This document shows positions 1 through 8,911 of a stretch of 64,000 nucleotides of DNA, piece after piece. A program made the position numbers and the translations under genes. The stretch lies in the NCBI GenBank assembly GCA_963710375.1, contig CAVPZX010000002.1:864001-928000 (forward strand), written 5' to 3'. The notes below the pieces were generated by a model. It made no database searches. It had not been told where the DNA came from and saw only the letters and a program-made list of their open reading frames with translations. Numbering within the stretch: the first letter of the stretch is position 1; every line of letters starts with the position of its first letter. Source of the stretch: Nitrospirota bacterium (GTDB lineage: Bacteria; Nitrospirota; Thermodesulfovibrionia; Thermodesulfovibrionales; Dissulfurispiraceae).

Positions 1-33
1 TGGCGCCAGACTATGGCCGGAATAAATAAAAGG

Positions 34-71
34 CTTAACGTGCTTTAAATCTCGAACTCTCCGGTGACCCT
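34..71 (-). mobile_element. Tn3-family (Tn21/Tn501-like) 38-bp terminal inverted repeat, copy A
   Basis: Reverse complement AGGGTCACCGGAGAGTTCGAGATTTAAAGCACGTTAAG has the Tn3-family GGGG...ACG(C/T)TAAG layout; similar to the copies at 2325 and 2381. Confidence 0.75.
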
Positions 72-308
72 AATACAAACATACCAGCTCGGATGTTTTC
101 GTCAAAAAAACATAGCAAAATGAATTTGTATATATTTAATATTGTTTTTTGTGTCAAAGACGTCCCCATGTGTTTATTAAGCCTCAAAGCGGGCCACATT
201 TTTGTATGGATTTTTGTCCGGATTTTTGTTGACAAAGCCTGGATGGTATTGTGTAGACTTGTTTAGTATGCTTTTTAAGAAGGCATTTAAGAGAAGGGAG
301 AACAAACA

Positions 309-1253
309 ATGGGCAGGAAAGTTTTTTCCATAGTCTTTTTTTGCTTAGTGATATTCTTTACGTCATCTCTGGCATATGCAGCAATCTATGTGGCAAATAA
401 CAGCAGCAACACCGTTACGGTATATCCGATCGGCTCCTCAACTTCGACAGCCTCATACACCATCTCCGGCCTGAATGGTCCTGCTGGGGTAGCAGTGGAT
501 GCGAGCCATATTTATGTTGCGAATTCGGGCAGCAACACCGTTACGGTATATCCGATCGGCTCCTCAACTTCGACAGCCTCATACACCATCTCCGGCCTGA
601 ATGGTCCTTATGGGGTAGCAGTGGATGCGAGCTATATTTATGTTGCGAATTCGGGCAGCAACACCGTTACGGTATATCCGATCGGCTCCTCAACTTCGAC
701 AGCCTCATACACCATCTCCGGCCTGAATACTGCTTATGGGGTAGCAGTGGATGCGAGCCATATTTATGTTGCGAATGCGGGCAGCAACACCGTTACGGTA
801 TATCCGATCGGCTCCTCAACTTCGACAGCCTCATACACCATCTCCGGCCTGAATATTCCTTATGGGGTAGCAGTGGATGCGAGCCATATTTATGTTGCGA
901 ATGCGGGCAGCAACACCGTTACGGTATATCCGATCGGCTCCTCAACTTCGACAGCCTCATACACCATCTCCGGCCTGAATACTGCTCATGGGGTAGCAGT
1001 GGATGCGAGCTATATTTATGTTGCGAATTATAACGGCAACACCGTTACGGTATATCCGATCGGCTCCTCAACTTCGACAGCCTCATACACCATCTCCGGC
1101 CTGAATAATCCTGCTTTTGTTGCACTGGATCCCACCCCCCCATCAACCTCAGTCCCGACCATGACCGAATGGGGCATGATAACCTTTGCAGTGCTTGCCG
1201 GGCTTATGTCTGTCTATTACCTGAGAAGGCAGCAGGGGCTTGCCGCAAAATAG
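309..1253 (+). CDS. Secreted beta-propeller (NHL/YVTN-like) repeat protein with IPTL-CTERM sorting signal
   Basis: N-terminal signal peptide; 42-aa repeats (GVAVDASxIYVANxxxNTVTVY); C-terminal VPTMTEWG + TM helix + RR; exosortase gene next door. Confidence 0.85.
   Translation: MGRKVFSIVFFCLVIFFTSSLAYAAIYVANNSSNTVTVYPIGSSTSTASYTISGLNGPAGVAVDASHIYVANSGSNTVTVYPIGSSTSTASYTISGLNGPYGVAVDASYIYVANSGSNTVTVYPIGSSTSTASYTISGLNTAYGVAVDASHIYVANAGSNTVTVYPIGSSTSTASYTISGLNIPYGVAVDASHIYVANAGSNTVTVYPIGSSTSTASYTISGLNTAHGVAVDASYIYVANYNGNTVTVYPIGSSTSTASYTISGLNNPAFVALDPTPPSTSVPTMTEWGMITFAVLAGLMSVYYLRRQQGLAAK
405..1113 (+). repeat. 126-bp intragenic tandem repeat, about 5.6 copies
   Basis: Units start at 405, 531, 657, 783, 909 and 1035 and are nearly identical at the DNA level. 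Confidence 0.97.
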
Positions 1254-1266
1254 AGTCTGTCCATAA

Positions 1267-1782
1267 ATGACTAATACAAGCGGAATAAGCATAGGCAGAT
1301 TCATTCTCACTTATCTGTGTTTGCTGGCAGTGTTTATGTTTATAGCAGCGTACAGCCCCTTGCATCGCTTCATCGAAATAAACGATTCTTACTCGGGTTT
1401 CATTGTCTACCTTGTATCAGGAGTGATGGAAAGAACAGGAATCTCCTCCACATTCCAGGGAGGGATCATAAACCTACCTAACATATCCCTTGACGTCAAA
1501 TACGGATGCAACGGTCTTGAAGCTGTTATGCTCTATTCCGCTGCTGTTATCGCCTTCCCTGCGCCCTGGAAGAAGAAAGCGGCAGGCGTTGCCGCAGGAT
1601 TGCTGTTCATACAGATTTTCAATGTCCTGAGAATCGCAGGGCTTGCCTATGCCGGAGTCCACTTCAAAAAATACTTTGACGTCCTTCACATATATGTTGC
1701 ACAGGGCATGACAATAGTCGTTTCTCTCGTAATATTCATCACATATCTGCATTATGTTGGAAAGTCCGGCAAAAGTGTTTAA
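1267..1782 (+). CDS. xrtH: Exosortase H-type (IPTL-CTERM-specific) membrane transpeptidase
   Basis: Multi-TM protein with GCNG (catalytic Cys), NVLRI (Arg) and LHIY (His) motifs; adjacent IPTL-CTERM target. Confidence 0.8.
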   Translation: MTNTSGISIGRFILTYLCLLAVFMFIAAYSPLHRFIEINDSYSGFIVYLVSGVMERTGISSTFQGGIINLPNISLDVKYGCNGLEAVMLYSAAVIAFPAPWKKKAAGVAAGLLFIQIFNVLRIAGLAYAGVHFKKYFDVLHIYVAQGMTIVVSLVIFITYLHYVGKSGKSV

Positions 1783-2329
1783 TAGCCGCCAACTCCTGAA
1801 AGCCTCACTGATATTTGTCATTTCATATTTTATCTTTCTGGTGCTCTGGGTGAGGATAAACGACAGGTATTGCTTGGAGATAACGAAAATTACAACCTTT
1901 TTAACAACAAAAATCGAAAGGGTTGACTTAATAAATATAGAAATGAAATCCAACGTTATAGAGGCAGTGTTGAGGCCGCAAAGACCCGGAGCTTCTAACC
2001 TTTTATACAACTATCACCTTCCGGGGCCTGTCAGTTTTACCGTTCCGGTCACACTCGCCATAATAGCAGCTTTCTGGCCCTTTATGAAAAGGAAGCTGGT
2101 CTGCGTTGGAGCAATAGTGATATTAGTGATAGCAAACACACTTGTCATATTTTGCCACGAAGCCGACCAGGTTTCGTTCGGGATGATGCATCTCGGATAT
2201 TCTCCCATGAGCAGTTTCAAGGATTACTTCGGGGGTATTTTATCGGTAGACATGACCTATATGGGAACATATTTAACGCCTTTTCTGATAGGGGTGGTCC
2301 TTTACCTGAATCAAAAAACGAAAGCTTAG
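1754..2329 (+). CDS. Membrane protein, probable exosortase H-associated protein
   Basis: Several hydrophobic segments; overlaps the end of xrtH; exact start uncertain. Confidence 0.55.
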   Translation: MLESPAKVFNSRQLLKASLIFVISYFIFLVLWVRINDRYCLEITKITTFLTTKIERVDLINIEMKSNVIEAVLRPQRPGASNLLYNYHLPGPVSFTVPVTLAIIAAFWPFMKRKLVCVGAIVILVIANTLVIFCHEADQVSFGMMHLGYSPMSSFKDYFGGILSVDMTYMGTYLTPFLIGVVLYLNQKTKA

Positions 2330-2362
2330 CGTACTTTAGATTCCGAATTCTGCGGTGATCCC
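2325..2362 (-). mobile_element. Tn3-family 38-bp terminal inverted repeat, copy B
   Basis: Reverse complement GGGATCACCGCAGAATTCGGAATCTAAAGTACGCTAAG closely resembles the Tn501/Tn1721-type IR. Confidence 0.85.
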
Positions 2363-2380
2363 TATAGAAGTAACTTCGGG

Positions 2381-2418
2381 CTTAACGTACGATTTTGTAC
2401 ATTTCGTGAGGTGACCCC
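2381..2418 (-). mobile_element. Tn3-family 38-bp terminal inverted repeat, copy C
   Basis: Reverse complement GGGGTCACCTCACGAAATGTACAAAATCGTACGTTAAG. Confidence 0.85.
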
Positions 2419-2673
2419 TATAAGTACAACGCTAACAAACACAGACCCTAAAAGATTATTCCAGCTCAGACCTTCCAAGTATTCCGGTAAACAAACCAAA
2501 GAATTCCAATAACAGCGACCAGTAGTCAGAAGTAATACTAAAAGCGGAACATTTATTTGTATTCGAACGATCCGCTTTTTCTTTTTTTACTAATATTTGT
2601 GACAACGTGGCGGTGCTATCAAAGTAACCATTCGGCGAATAAGATAGTTCTGTTTTAACTAAGGAGGTTTAAA

Positions 2674-3253
2674 ATGCAAGAGGTAATAGTTAGGTCAAAT
2701 TCCAAGACTGGTAGCGTCAGAAAAGATTTGCTCATTAATAATAAAATAGCGTCCTATCCTGCGCTTCCTCTACCTATTTCACTTAAATATGAGATATTGG
2801 ACGTGAAAAAGGGAGGACGATGCGTACGGTATGGGGTAGTGGATTCGCAGTTTGCCTATCACAAACTAGTCAGGGAATATGGTGACCGGAAGAACTGGGA
2901 TATTTACCTGATGCTTGTGGACAATGCTGATGGGAAGATCATTGACGGGATGATTGTTCACAATCCGGATTGTTCTGACCTGCCGGGCTACGGTTTGGCG
3001 GCGCACGATTTTAGGTATCGTAAGCAGCAACGCGCTGAGACAGGGAGAGATCACCTGAAAGTTGTCGTGTTTTTTGATATGAAGTTAGTCGGTGGCACTG
3101 GTGTGGAAAGAATTGCCCTTGACAGCTCGGACACCTATTATACAGACTCTTGGCAGGCGTGACAGAGATAGAGGGCGTTGGGACACGTTTCAAATGATCA
3201 TGGTCAACCAATCGAGTGGCGGAAAGGTTATCGACAAGATTGATATGAGGTAA
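2674..3253 (+). CDS. Hypothetical protein with two internal repeats; +1 frameshift at about 3144 (track ORF 2674..3162)
   Basis: Strong RBS (aaggagg). Deleting A3144 extends the frame to TAA at 3253, adding YYTTLGRRDRDRGRWDTFQMIMVNQSSGGKVIDKIDMR, which aligns with the earlier AYHKLVREYGDRKNWDIYLMLVDNADGKIIDGM. Confidence 0.65.
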
Positions 3254-3263
3254 CAAGCTTGTG

Positions 3264-3296
3264 TCAGGAATAGCGGCGTAAAGCCGCCATTCCTGA
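3264..3296 (+). terminator. Hairpin, possible terminator
   Basis: tcaggaat-a-gcggc-gtaaa-gccgc-c-attcctga inverted repeat just after the corrected stop at 3253; short T tract. Confidence 0.5.
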
Positions 3297-3340
3297 TTTG
3301 CAGTAGCACTCAGTAAGGATATGAAACTTCAGTCATAGAA

Positions 3341-6300
3341 TTGGTATTATACAATCCTATGACTTTCAGGCAACTATTGAATGATGAGGAAGATATTAAG
3401 AAACGTATTTCCGACGAGGGAGATCGCGTTTCCTTGTTCAAACGCAGGCTTTCTGTTCTTGAACCCTCTTTAAAATCGAAACAGACCATATTGGATAGTT
3501 ATGCTGAATCAAAGAACACACTAGATGATTTTTCAGACGATGAGCTGAACGACCTTCTCTTGAAATCTCAGAGTGCTCTCAAGAAAGTGGATGAGGCTCT
3601 TGACAACCTTTTTTGGCGCATTTTATCAGCACTGAAGGTATACGACAGGTCTGACAGCATTATCAGTTCCTACGTGAAAGATAACAGAGAATCCTTGTTG
3701 ATGCTTTTCACGCATGACTATTTACAATCGTTAAAGCGGATCGATTTGGTTACTATCCCAGAAAAACTCAGTGAGATTTCATCGTCGAGGAGTGAATATC
3801 ATAAGGAGCTTTCATTAATAAAAAATGAATATGAGAAGGCGTATGAACACTATTGCGGATTGTATGACCAATACTTGCATCTGATGGACCTTGCGAGGGG
3901 CACCCAGGCAAAATTGCTGGATATTTCGAGCAAAATAGACAACGAATGTATTGTCGGAGAAAAGCCCTTTGATGTTTCGGAAGATAATAAGGAAACCTTT
4001 AAGGCAGAACTTATGGAAAAAATCCCGGAAACTAAAGAATTTACGGATGATCAATGGCAGTTTATTCTGTCAACAAATCGGAATACGTATGTCGTGGCTG
4101 GCGCAGGTTCCGGAAAGAGTACCACATTGATCTATCGAGTCATTTTTCTGCACAAGTACGCTCCAGGGTTCAAAATAGATAAAACGTGCACGATATTTAC
4201 GTTTACAAAGAAGACGCGGGTCGAGCTTATTGAGAAATTACAAAAAGCATTAAGTAAACTTAAGATAGATAAGATAGACTGCTCGGAGGAATTCTTAGCG
4301 AATGTAGTACATACATTTCACTCAAAAGCATGGCAGGTGGCCAGTGCTGCTGCCAATCAAACGGATTTAGAATTTTTTGAATTTCAGGGGAAGGAAACCT
4401 TTTATTTTTCTAAAGTCGAGTTTGGAAAACAAGCAAAATCTATTGAGAAATTATGCTCCGCAATTACGAATGATGGCTATGTTACGATACCTCTATCAGC
4501 TGCTAAATTTACTGTAAATTGGCTCAACGAATTCCTCAGACGAATTGATCTGTGTAAGACAATAACCACAGTTTTCCCATCTATTGCTTTCGCCGGGGAG
4601 ACAAAAAAGCTGAAGGGAAGGACCAGTGTAAACAGGAATAGGCCATTTGATGAATTAAGGGTAAAAGAGCAGCAGGAAATAATCAAACTAAACAGGCTAC
4701 TAATAGAACAGCTTTATCCTGATGAAACTCCGAAGCTGCCGGATATTAAAGAGGCACCCACCGACGATGCTATCTCGCCCCAAATGACCGAGGAACAGGC
4801 TTATCTATTGAACAAAGCATATGCGTATGCATGGAACTATTCAAAAAAGTTCCATGATGCAGTATGTGACTTATACGAAAAGACTCGTATGTTGGCCCCC
4901 GTAATTAACCCAGGGGAATGGAAAGATAGTGAATATAGCGCTCATTATTATGCTCAAAAAGAAGATGAGGAATTGATTGATGATTGTCTCCTATTAGCGA
5001 GAAGGTATGTTAATAGTGAGGATATAACGGAAAGAGAACAAAGAAAAAGTTGTAAATTCACATATAGGATTGAAAAGTATCCTCCTTATACCCTCTATGC
5101 GCATCATTGTGTGAAAACGGAAATCAATGGTGAGTCTATTATGTATTTAGTACACTACCTTCCATATGAGGAGGCTGATGGTGACCTGAGGGGGCAAATC
5201 ACTAGAAAAAAGAGAATCATTGTCACTCATGATGCAATAAATAATCATATCTTCATAGAAAACGAAGATGATTATAAACGATGGAAAAAATACGGACAAC
5301 CCTTCCGAAGAGGTACTGACGGAATTAAAGAGGAACCTCTTTATTTCAAATGTGAGTTGCCGGGCTATATAAAACCGGAAGAAATTGTTGACGCTCTATA
5401 TACGGAAGGCTCCTTTATGGAATATCTTGGGCTCGATGTGGTCAAAGACTGCAGCAGAATCCTGATGTCAAACAAGCTGGACAAAACTAGTGTTGTGTTT
5501 TTTAGGGTTTTAAGAATGTTTTGGCCGATGTTTGAGCAATACCTTAATCGGCGAGGGATTAAGCGTTTCCATGAAGTGTTCACAAATTATTTTTTTGAGA
5601 ATGCAAAAAAACATGTGAGAAGGATGCAGGACGTTATGATAGATGAGTTTCAGGATATAAATCCGGAGATAGCACGCTGGATAAAGAAAATATTGCTTTA
5701 TCTTAAGAATGAATACTCGTGCGCTGTCACCTGTGTTGGTGACGATTATCAATCCATTTACGGCTGGCGGGGGTCGGCGCCAGTCTATTTTCTTAATTAT
5801 GAGGATAATTTCCCCTCACGAAATATAATAGATCCGCCCGTAAAAATGGTACATAATTTCCGATCGCTTCAAAGCATAATTGATGCCGGACAAACAGTGC
5901 TGGAAGGGATCAATAAGAGTATCCCCAAAAAATGCAAACAAGGCAGAAAAGATATAATGCCTCTCGATGATAAACAAGTGGAAATTGTTGAAATTGCAGA
6001 TGATAATGATATAGATAATGTTATAGCTGAGCAATTGCACAAATACCAAAGGAAATGCAAGAAGGTATTTATTATGTCTCGGACGAATAATCCTTTAAAA
6101 AATTATAGACCACATAAGAACATAATATATCAGACATATCATAAATCAAAGGGACTTGAAGCGGATCTATGCATCCTTCTAAATGATTGCGCCTTTTATG
6201 ATCCTTACCCTATTCGCAATGCGATATACGAATTAGCATGGGAAGGACAACACGACTATAATCTTACTTATGATCAGGCACAAGAAGACGAAACGAAAAG

Positions 6301-6421
6301 ATTGGCGTACGTGGCTATAACGCGGAGCATGAGAAAGGTAATAATTTTCAACTATAAAAATGATGACACGGTTGGAGCCTTTGCTCCTCTTAAAAAAGGT
6401 CTTAGTGCACCCATATGTTGA
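3341..6421 (+). CDS. UvrD/Rep superfamily 1 helicase (helicase IV-like) with N-terminal coiled coil and large insertions
   Basis: AGAGSGKSTT, FTFT, TFHS, DEFQD, GDDYQSIYGWRGS, NFRS, TYHKSKGLEAD and RLAYVAITRS motifs; likely start ATG 3359. Confidence 0.9.
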   Translation: MVLYNPMTFRQLLNDEEDIKKRISDEGDRVSLFKRRLSVLEPSLKSKQTILDSYAESKNTLDDFSDDELNDLLLKSQSALKKVDEALDNLFWRILSALKVYDRSDSIISSYVKDNRESLLMLFTHDYLQSLKRIDLVTIPEKLSEISSSRSEYHKELSLIKNEYEKAYEHYCGLYDQYLHLMDLARGTQAKLLDISSKIDNECIVGEKPFDVSEDNKETFKAELMEKIPETKEFTDDQWQFILSTNRNTYVVAGAGSGKSTTLIYRVIFLHKYAPGFKIDKTCTIFTFTKKTRVELIEKLQKALSKLKIDKIDCSEEFLANVVHTFHSKAWQVASAAANQTDLEFFEFQGKETFYFSKVEFGKQAKSIEKLCSAITNDGYVTIPLSAAKFTVNWLNEFLRRIDLCKTITTVFPSIAFAGETKKLKGRTSVNRNRPFDELRVKEQQEIIKLNRLLIEQLYPDETPKLPDIKEAPTDDAISPQMTEEQAYLLNKAYAYAWNYSKKFHDAVCDLYEKTRMLAPVINPGEWKDSEYSAHYYAQKEDEELIDDCLLLARRYVNSEDITEREQRKSCKFTYRIEKYPPYTLYAHHCVKTEINGESIMYLVHYLPYEEADGDLRGQITRKKRIIVTHDAINNHIFIENEDDYKRWKKYGQPFRRGTDGIKEEPLYFKCELPGYIKPEEIVDALYTEGSFMEYLGLDVVKDCSRILMSNKLDKTSVVFFRVLRMFWPMFEQYLNRRGIKRFHEVFTNYFFENAKKHVRRMQDVMIDEFQDINPEIARWIKKILLYLKNEYSCAVTCVGDDYQSIYGWRGSAPVYFLNYEDNFPSRNIIDPPVKMVHNFRSLQSIIDAGQTVLEGINKSIPKKCKQGRKDIMPLDDKQVEIVEIADDNDIDNVIAEQLHKYQRKCKKVFIMSRTNNPLKNYRPHKNIIYQTYHKSKGLEADLCILLNDCAFYDPYPIRNAIYELAWEGQHDYNLTYDQAQEDETKRLAYVAITRSMRKVIIFNYKNDDTVGAFAPLKKGLSAPIC

Positions 6422-6435
6422 TGTCTGTACGGTGA

Positions 6436-6566
6436 GTCAAACTATGCTTCTCTCTATGCACGGTGTGTCAAGCTATCGTTCCAGTCGTGATGTAATTTAG
6501 CCATTCTTTACCTAAAAAGTGTCAAACTATGCTTCCTTAAGATGTCAAACTATCCTTCACGGCACA
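6436..6566 (-). mobile_element. Tn7-like/Mu-type transposon end (element lies to the left)
   Basis: Minus strand reads TGTGCCGT (8-bp terminus) followed by four co-oriented GAAG(C/G)ATAGTTTGAC-like sites at 6544, 6521, 6467 and 6436. Confidence 0.75.
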
Positions 6567-6570
6567 CTGT

Positions 6571-6671
6571 TGTGTCGCGGAAGCATAAATTGTCGCAAAC
6601 GACAAGATATGGTTCTTTTACACGGTGCGACAAATTATGGTTATAAGCAGTTTCTAAAATAATCTGTCGTA
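6571..6671 (+). mobile_element. Second transposon-end-like array (TnsB-type binding sites)
   Basis: TGTCGCGG + AAGCATAAATTGTCGCA; related AACCATAwwTTGTCG sites at 6600-6614 and 6626-6642 (inverted) and 6656-6671. Confidence 0.5.
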
Positions 6672-6859
6672 GATGCAGCCGTTGTCATTCCCGATTCTTC
6701 CTGAAAATATTCATTCAAGTAAATAGGTCCTTGGTATATCGTATGTTCCATAGTCATTTTCTTCAAAGAAAAAGTAAATTGACATTTTAGATATATATTC
6801 CTTTTCAGGTAGGTTTATAATATAGTCGAAAAATTCAATATATATATTTAAAAAAGCGT

Positions 6860-7847
6860 ATGCGTAAAATATCTGATAAATTACGGCAATTTCACAAAAA
6901 ACAACAAGAACGCGTCAGGCGCAACCAGCAGCGCAAGGCTAATATAAACCGGCATGTAAAGAGGAAAAAAAATTCGTATAGACAGAAGCACAAGGATTAC
7001 TTTTATCGTGCGGATTTTCTTCATAGCTTTTACCAAAGAATCTACAATAGGCCGCCACTCACAGTAGCAATTCCTGGTGATTTTGGTATCGAAGAAGATA
7101 GCATTATTGACAATTTTTTAGACAAAGCAAGTGAAATAATCGATTTTAGAAGCAATCACCTGACAATTGATTTAAAAGATTGCACGCGTATGTGGCCCAG
7201 TGCTGTAACAATGCTATGCTCATTAATGCATTGGGTTGAACTATCAACAACAAGGTCACAAAGAAGACCACTTATTTCTTCGACTACGGCAAAAAGTGAT
7301 CAAGTGAATTCATATCTTAGATACTGTGGCTTCTATGATTATGTTAACCGACCTTCAGATGATGTTAAGCATGATTATTATTCCGATACGGAGATCGTAA
7401 AAATCCATAAAGAAACAAAGACATCTAATATCGAAACACGTGAAATTGATATTATTAATTTATTAACTAATTTTAGCTTATTTAACGCAGAGCAAATTGA
7501 GCTTTTTGATTGTAAGGTCCTTACAGAGGCGTTTAATAACGTAACGGAACACGGTGTGTCTCTTCGTGATAAAGGCTGGTGGTTGTTGGCGCAGTATCAC
7601 AAGACTCACCATGCTATCTCGCTATGCATTGCTGATAACGGCATAGGGATAAGAAACTCCCTTATGACCGGCCCTCAAGCAAACGACATAGGGAAAAAAC
7701 TTGAAAATATACACGAGAATGATGGAAAATTTATAAAAATGGCAATGGAAGAACGGGTTTCGGGTGCAATGTATGCTCCACAGAAGACAGTCGGATTGGG
7801 TATTCCAATGGTTTCCCCAAAGAAATATGAAAGTGGTTCACATAGAG
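6860..7847 (+). pseudogene. STAS-like + GHKL/HATPase (RsbW-like) protein, truncated at the C-terminus by an IS
   Basis: TIDLKDCTRMWPSA STAS-like segment; EAFNNVTEHG N-box; DNGIGI G1 box; the expected GxGL G2 box is replaced by the IS end at 7848. Confidence 0.7.
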
Positions 7848-7877
7848 TGTGCACGCCATGAGTTTATGATACCGAAA

Positions 7878-8906
7878 TCAGAAAAAACTGGGTAACACTT
7901 TTCCGTTCACGGCAATGGTTATAAAGCCTTTCATATTCAGCCAGGACTCGACGGCGATGCGCCAGGCCGCTTGCGGCTGAACCCCCTCACTGCATAATAT
8001 ATCATTTTGCAAGTTTGTTATCCAGGCATAGGCATCCCTCCTTTCCCATTTGGAAAACGTTCTCTTTCCTGTGAAGTACACCTGGCATGCATTCTTACCG
8101 CTCAAGCATGGACGAGGCCGGTGATTAAGATCATGCTCGACATTAGAGGCATACGCTTCCAGGTGTGCACTCGGACAAGATGGTTTATAAGCGAGCTTCG
8201 AAGCAAGCCCGTTTTTCAGCTCGGTTTGCGCTTCTTCGATAGCGCCATTGTAAGGCGGATAATGAACCGGACTGTTCACCGGCATGACGAAGTAATCGGT
8301 AAGCACGTCATTGACCGCTGTATGATTCAGGTTGCCGCCATTGTCCCGCTTGAGAAACAGTGGCGCGCCGAAACGGTTGAAGGTTGCAGTAAGATAGCCG
8401 GATATTTCTTCGCCACAGGGGAAGTCTCCTGTCATGGGATTGAACTTATAGCGGGAAGCCAGGTCCTGCATCTGGTTAAGGTATATCTTTGATCTGGATT
8501 CGTCACGCTGTCCGTATTCGCAGGGGTCCATAGACCACGCAACATTCGGCACGTTCCAGTGGATACGCCTCAGATTCTGGCGGTGCAACGTATTGAGATC
8601 ATGCCGAGCCATTGTTATCATTCTTTGCAGCTCCCTTCTTGAAACGCCTGATGCGTAACGGGCATATAATTCCCCCGTGCCCTGTGTGCGATTATAACCA
8701 TGAGACAACTGAGCAATATCCTGCTTCAGCTTGCCCAGATCCGGCGGCCTGACCTTGGGAGGACCCGGCTGCCGAACGACAGGCGTATCTTTTTTATGCC
8801 GCATGTGCCACCGGATGAAACTCGGGTAGGGCAGCCTGACTGCACTGCAGATCGCCCGGTAAGGCATGCCGGTCCTCTCCCTGATCTTGTCAATAATTGT
8901 AAGCAT
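7878..8906 (-). CDS. DDE (rve integrase core) transposase-like protein
   Basis: PNVAWSMD, DLASRY, LKRDNGGN, PPYNGAIE and LNHRPR motifs. Confidence 0.85.
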   Translation of the reverse strand: MLTIIDKIRERTGMPYRAICSAVRLPYPSFIRWHMRHKKDTPVVRQPGPPKVRPPDLGKLKQDIAQLSHGYNRTQGTGELYARYASGVSRRELQRMITMARHDLNTLHRQNLRRIHWNVPNVAWSMDPCEYGQRDESRSKIYLNQMQDLASRYKFNPMTGDFPCGEEISGYLTATFNRFGAPLFLKRDNGGNLNHTAVNDVLTDYFVMPVNSPVHYPPYNGAIEEAQTELKNGLASKLAYKPSCPSAHLEAYASNVEHDLNHRPRPCLSGKNACQVYFTGKRTFSKWERRDAYAWITNLQNDILCSEGVQPQAAWRIAVESWLNMKGFITIAVNGKVLPSFF

Positions 8907-8911
8907 ACGAG

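Noticed and set aside
405..1113. Tandem repeats as a CRISPR array
   Set aside because: In-frame 126-bp coding repeats without unique spacers; no cas genes
33..2422. 43-bp direct repeats as integron attC or recombinase cassette sites
   Set aside because: The reverse complements fit the 38-bp Tn3-family IR pattern better, and there is no attC-type internal palindrome
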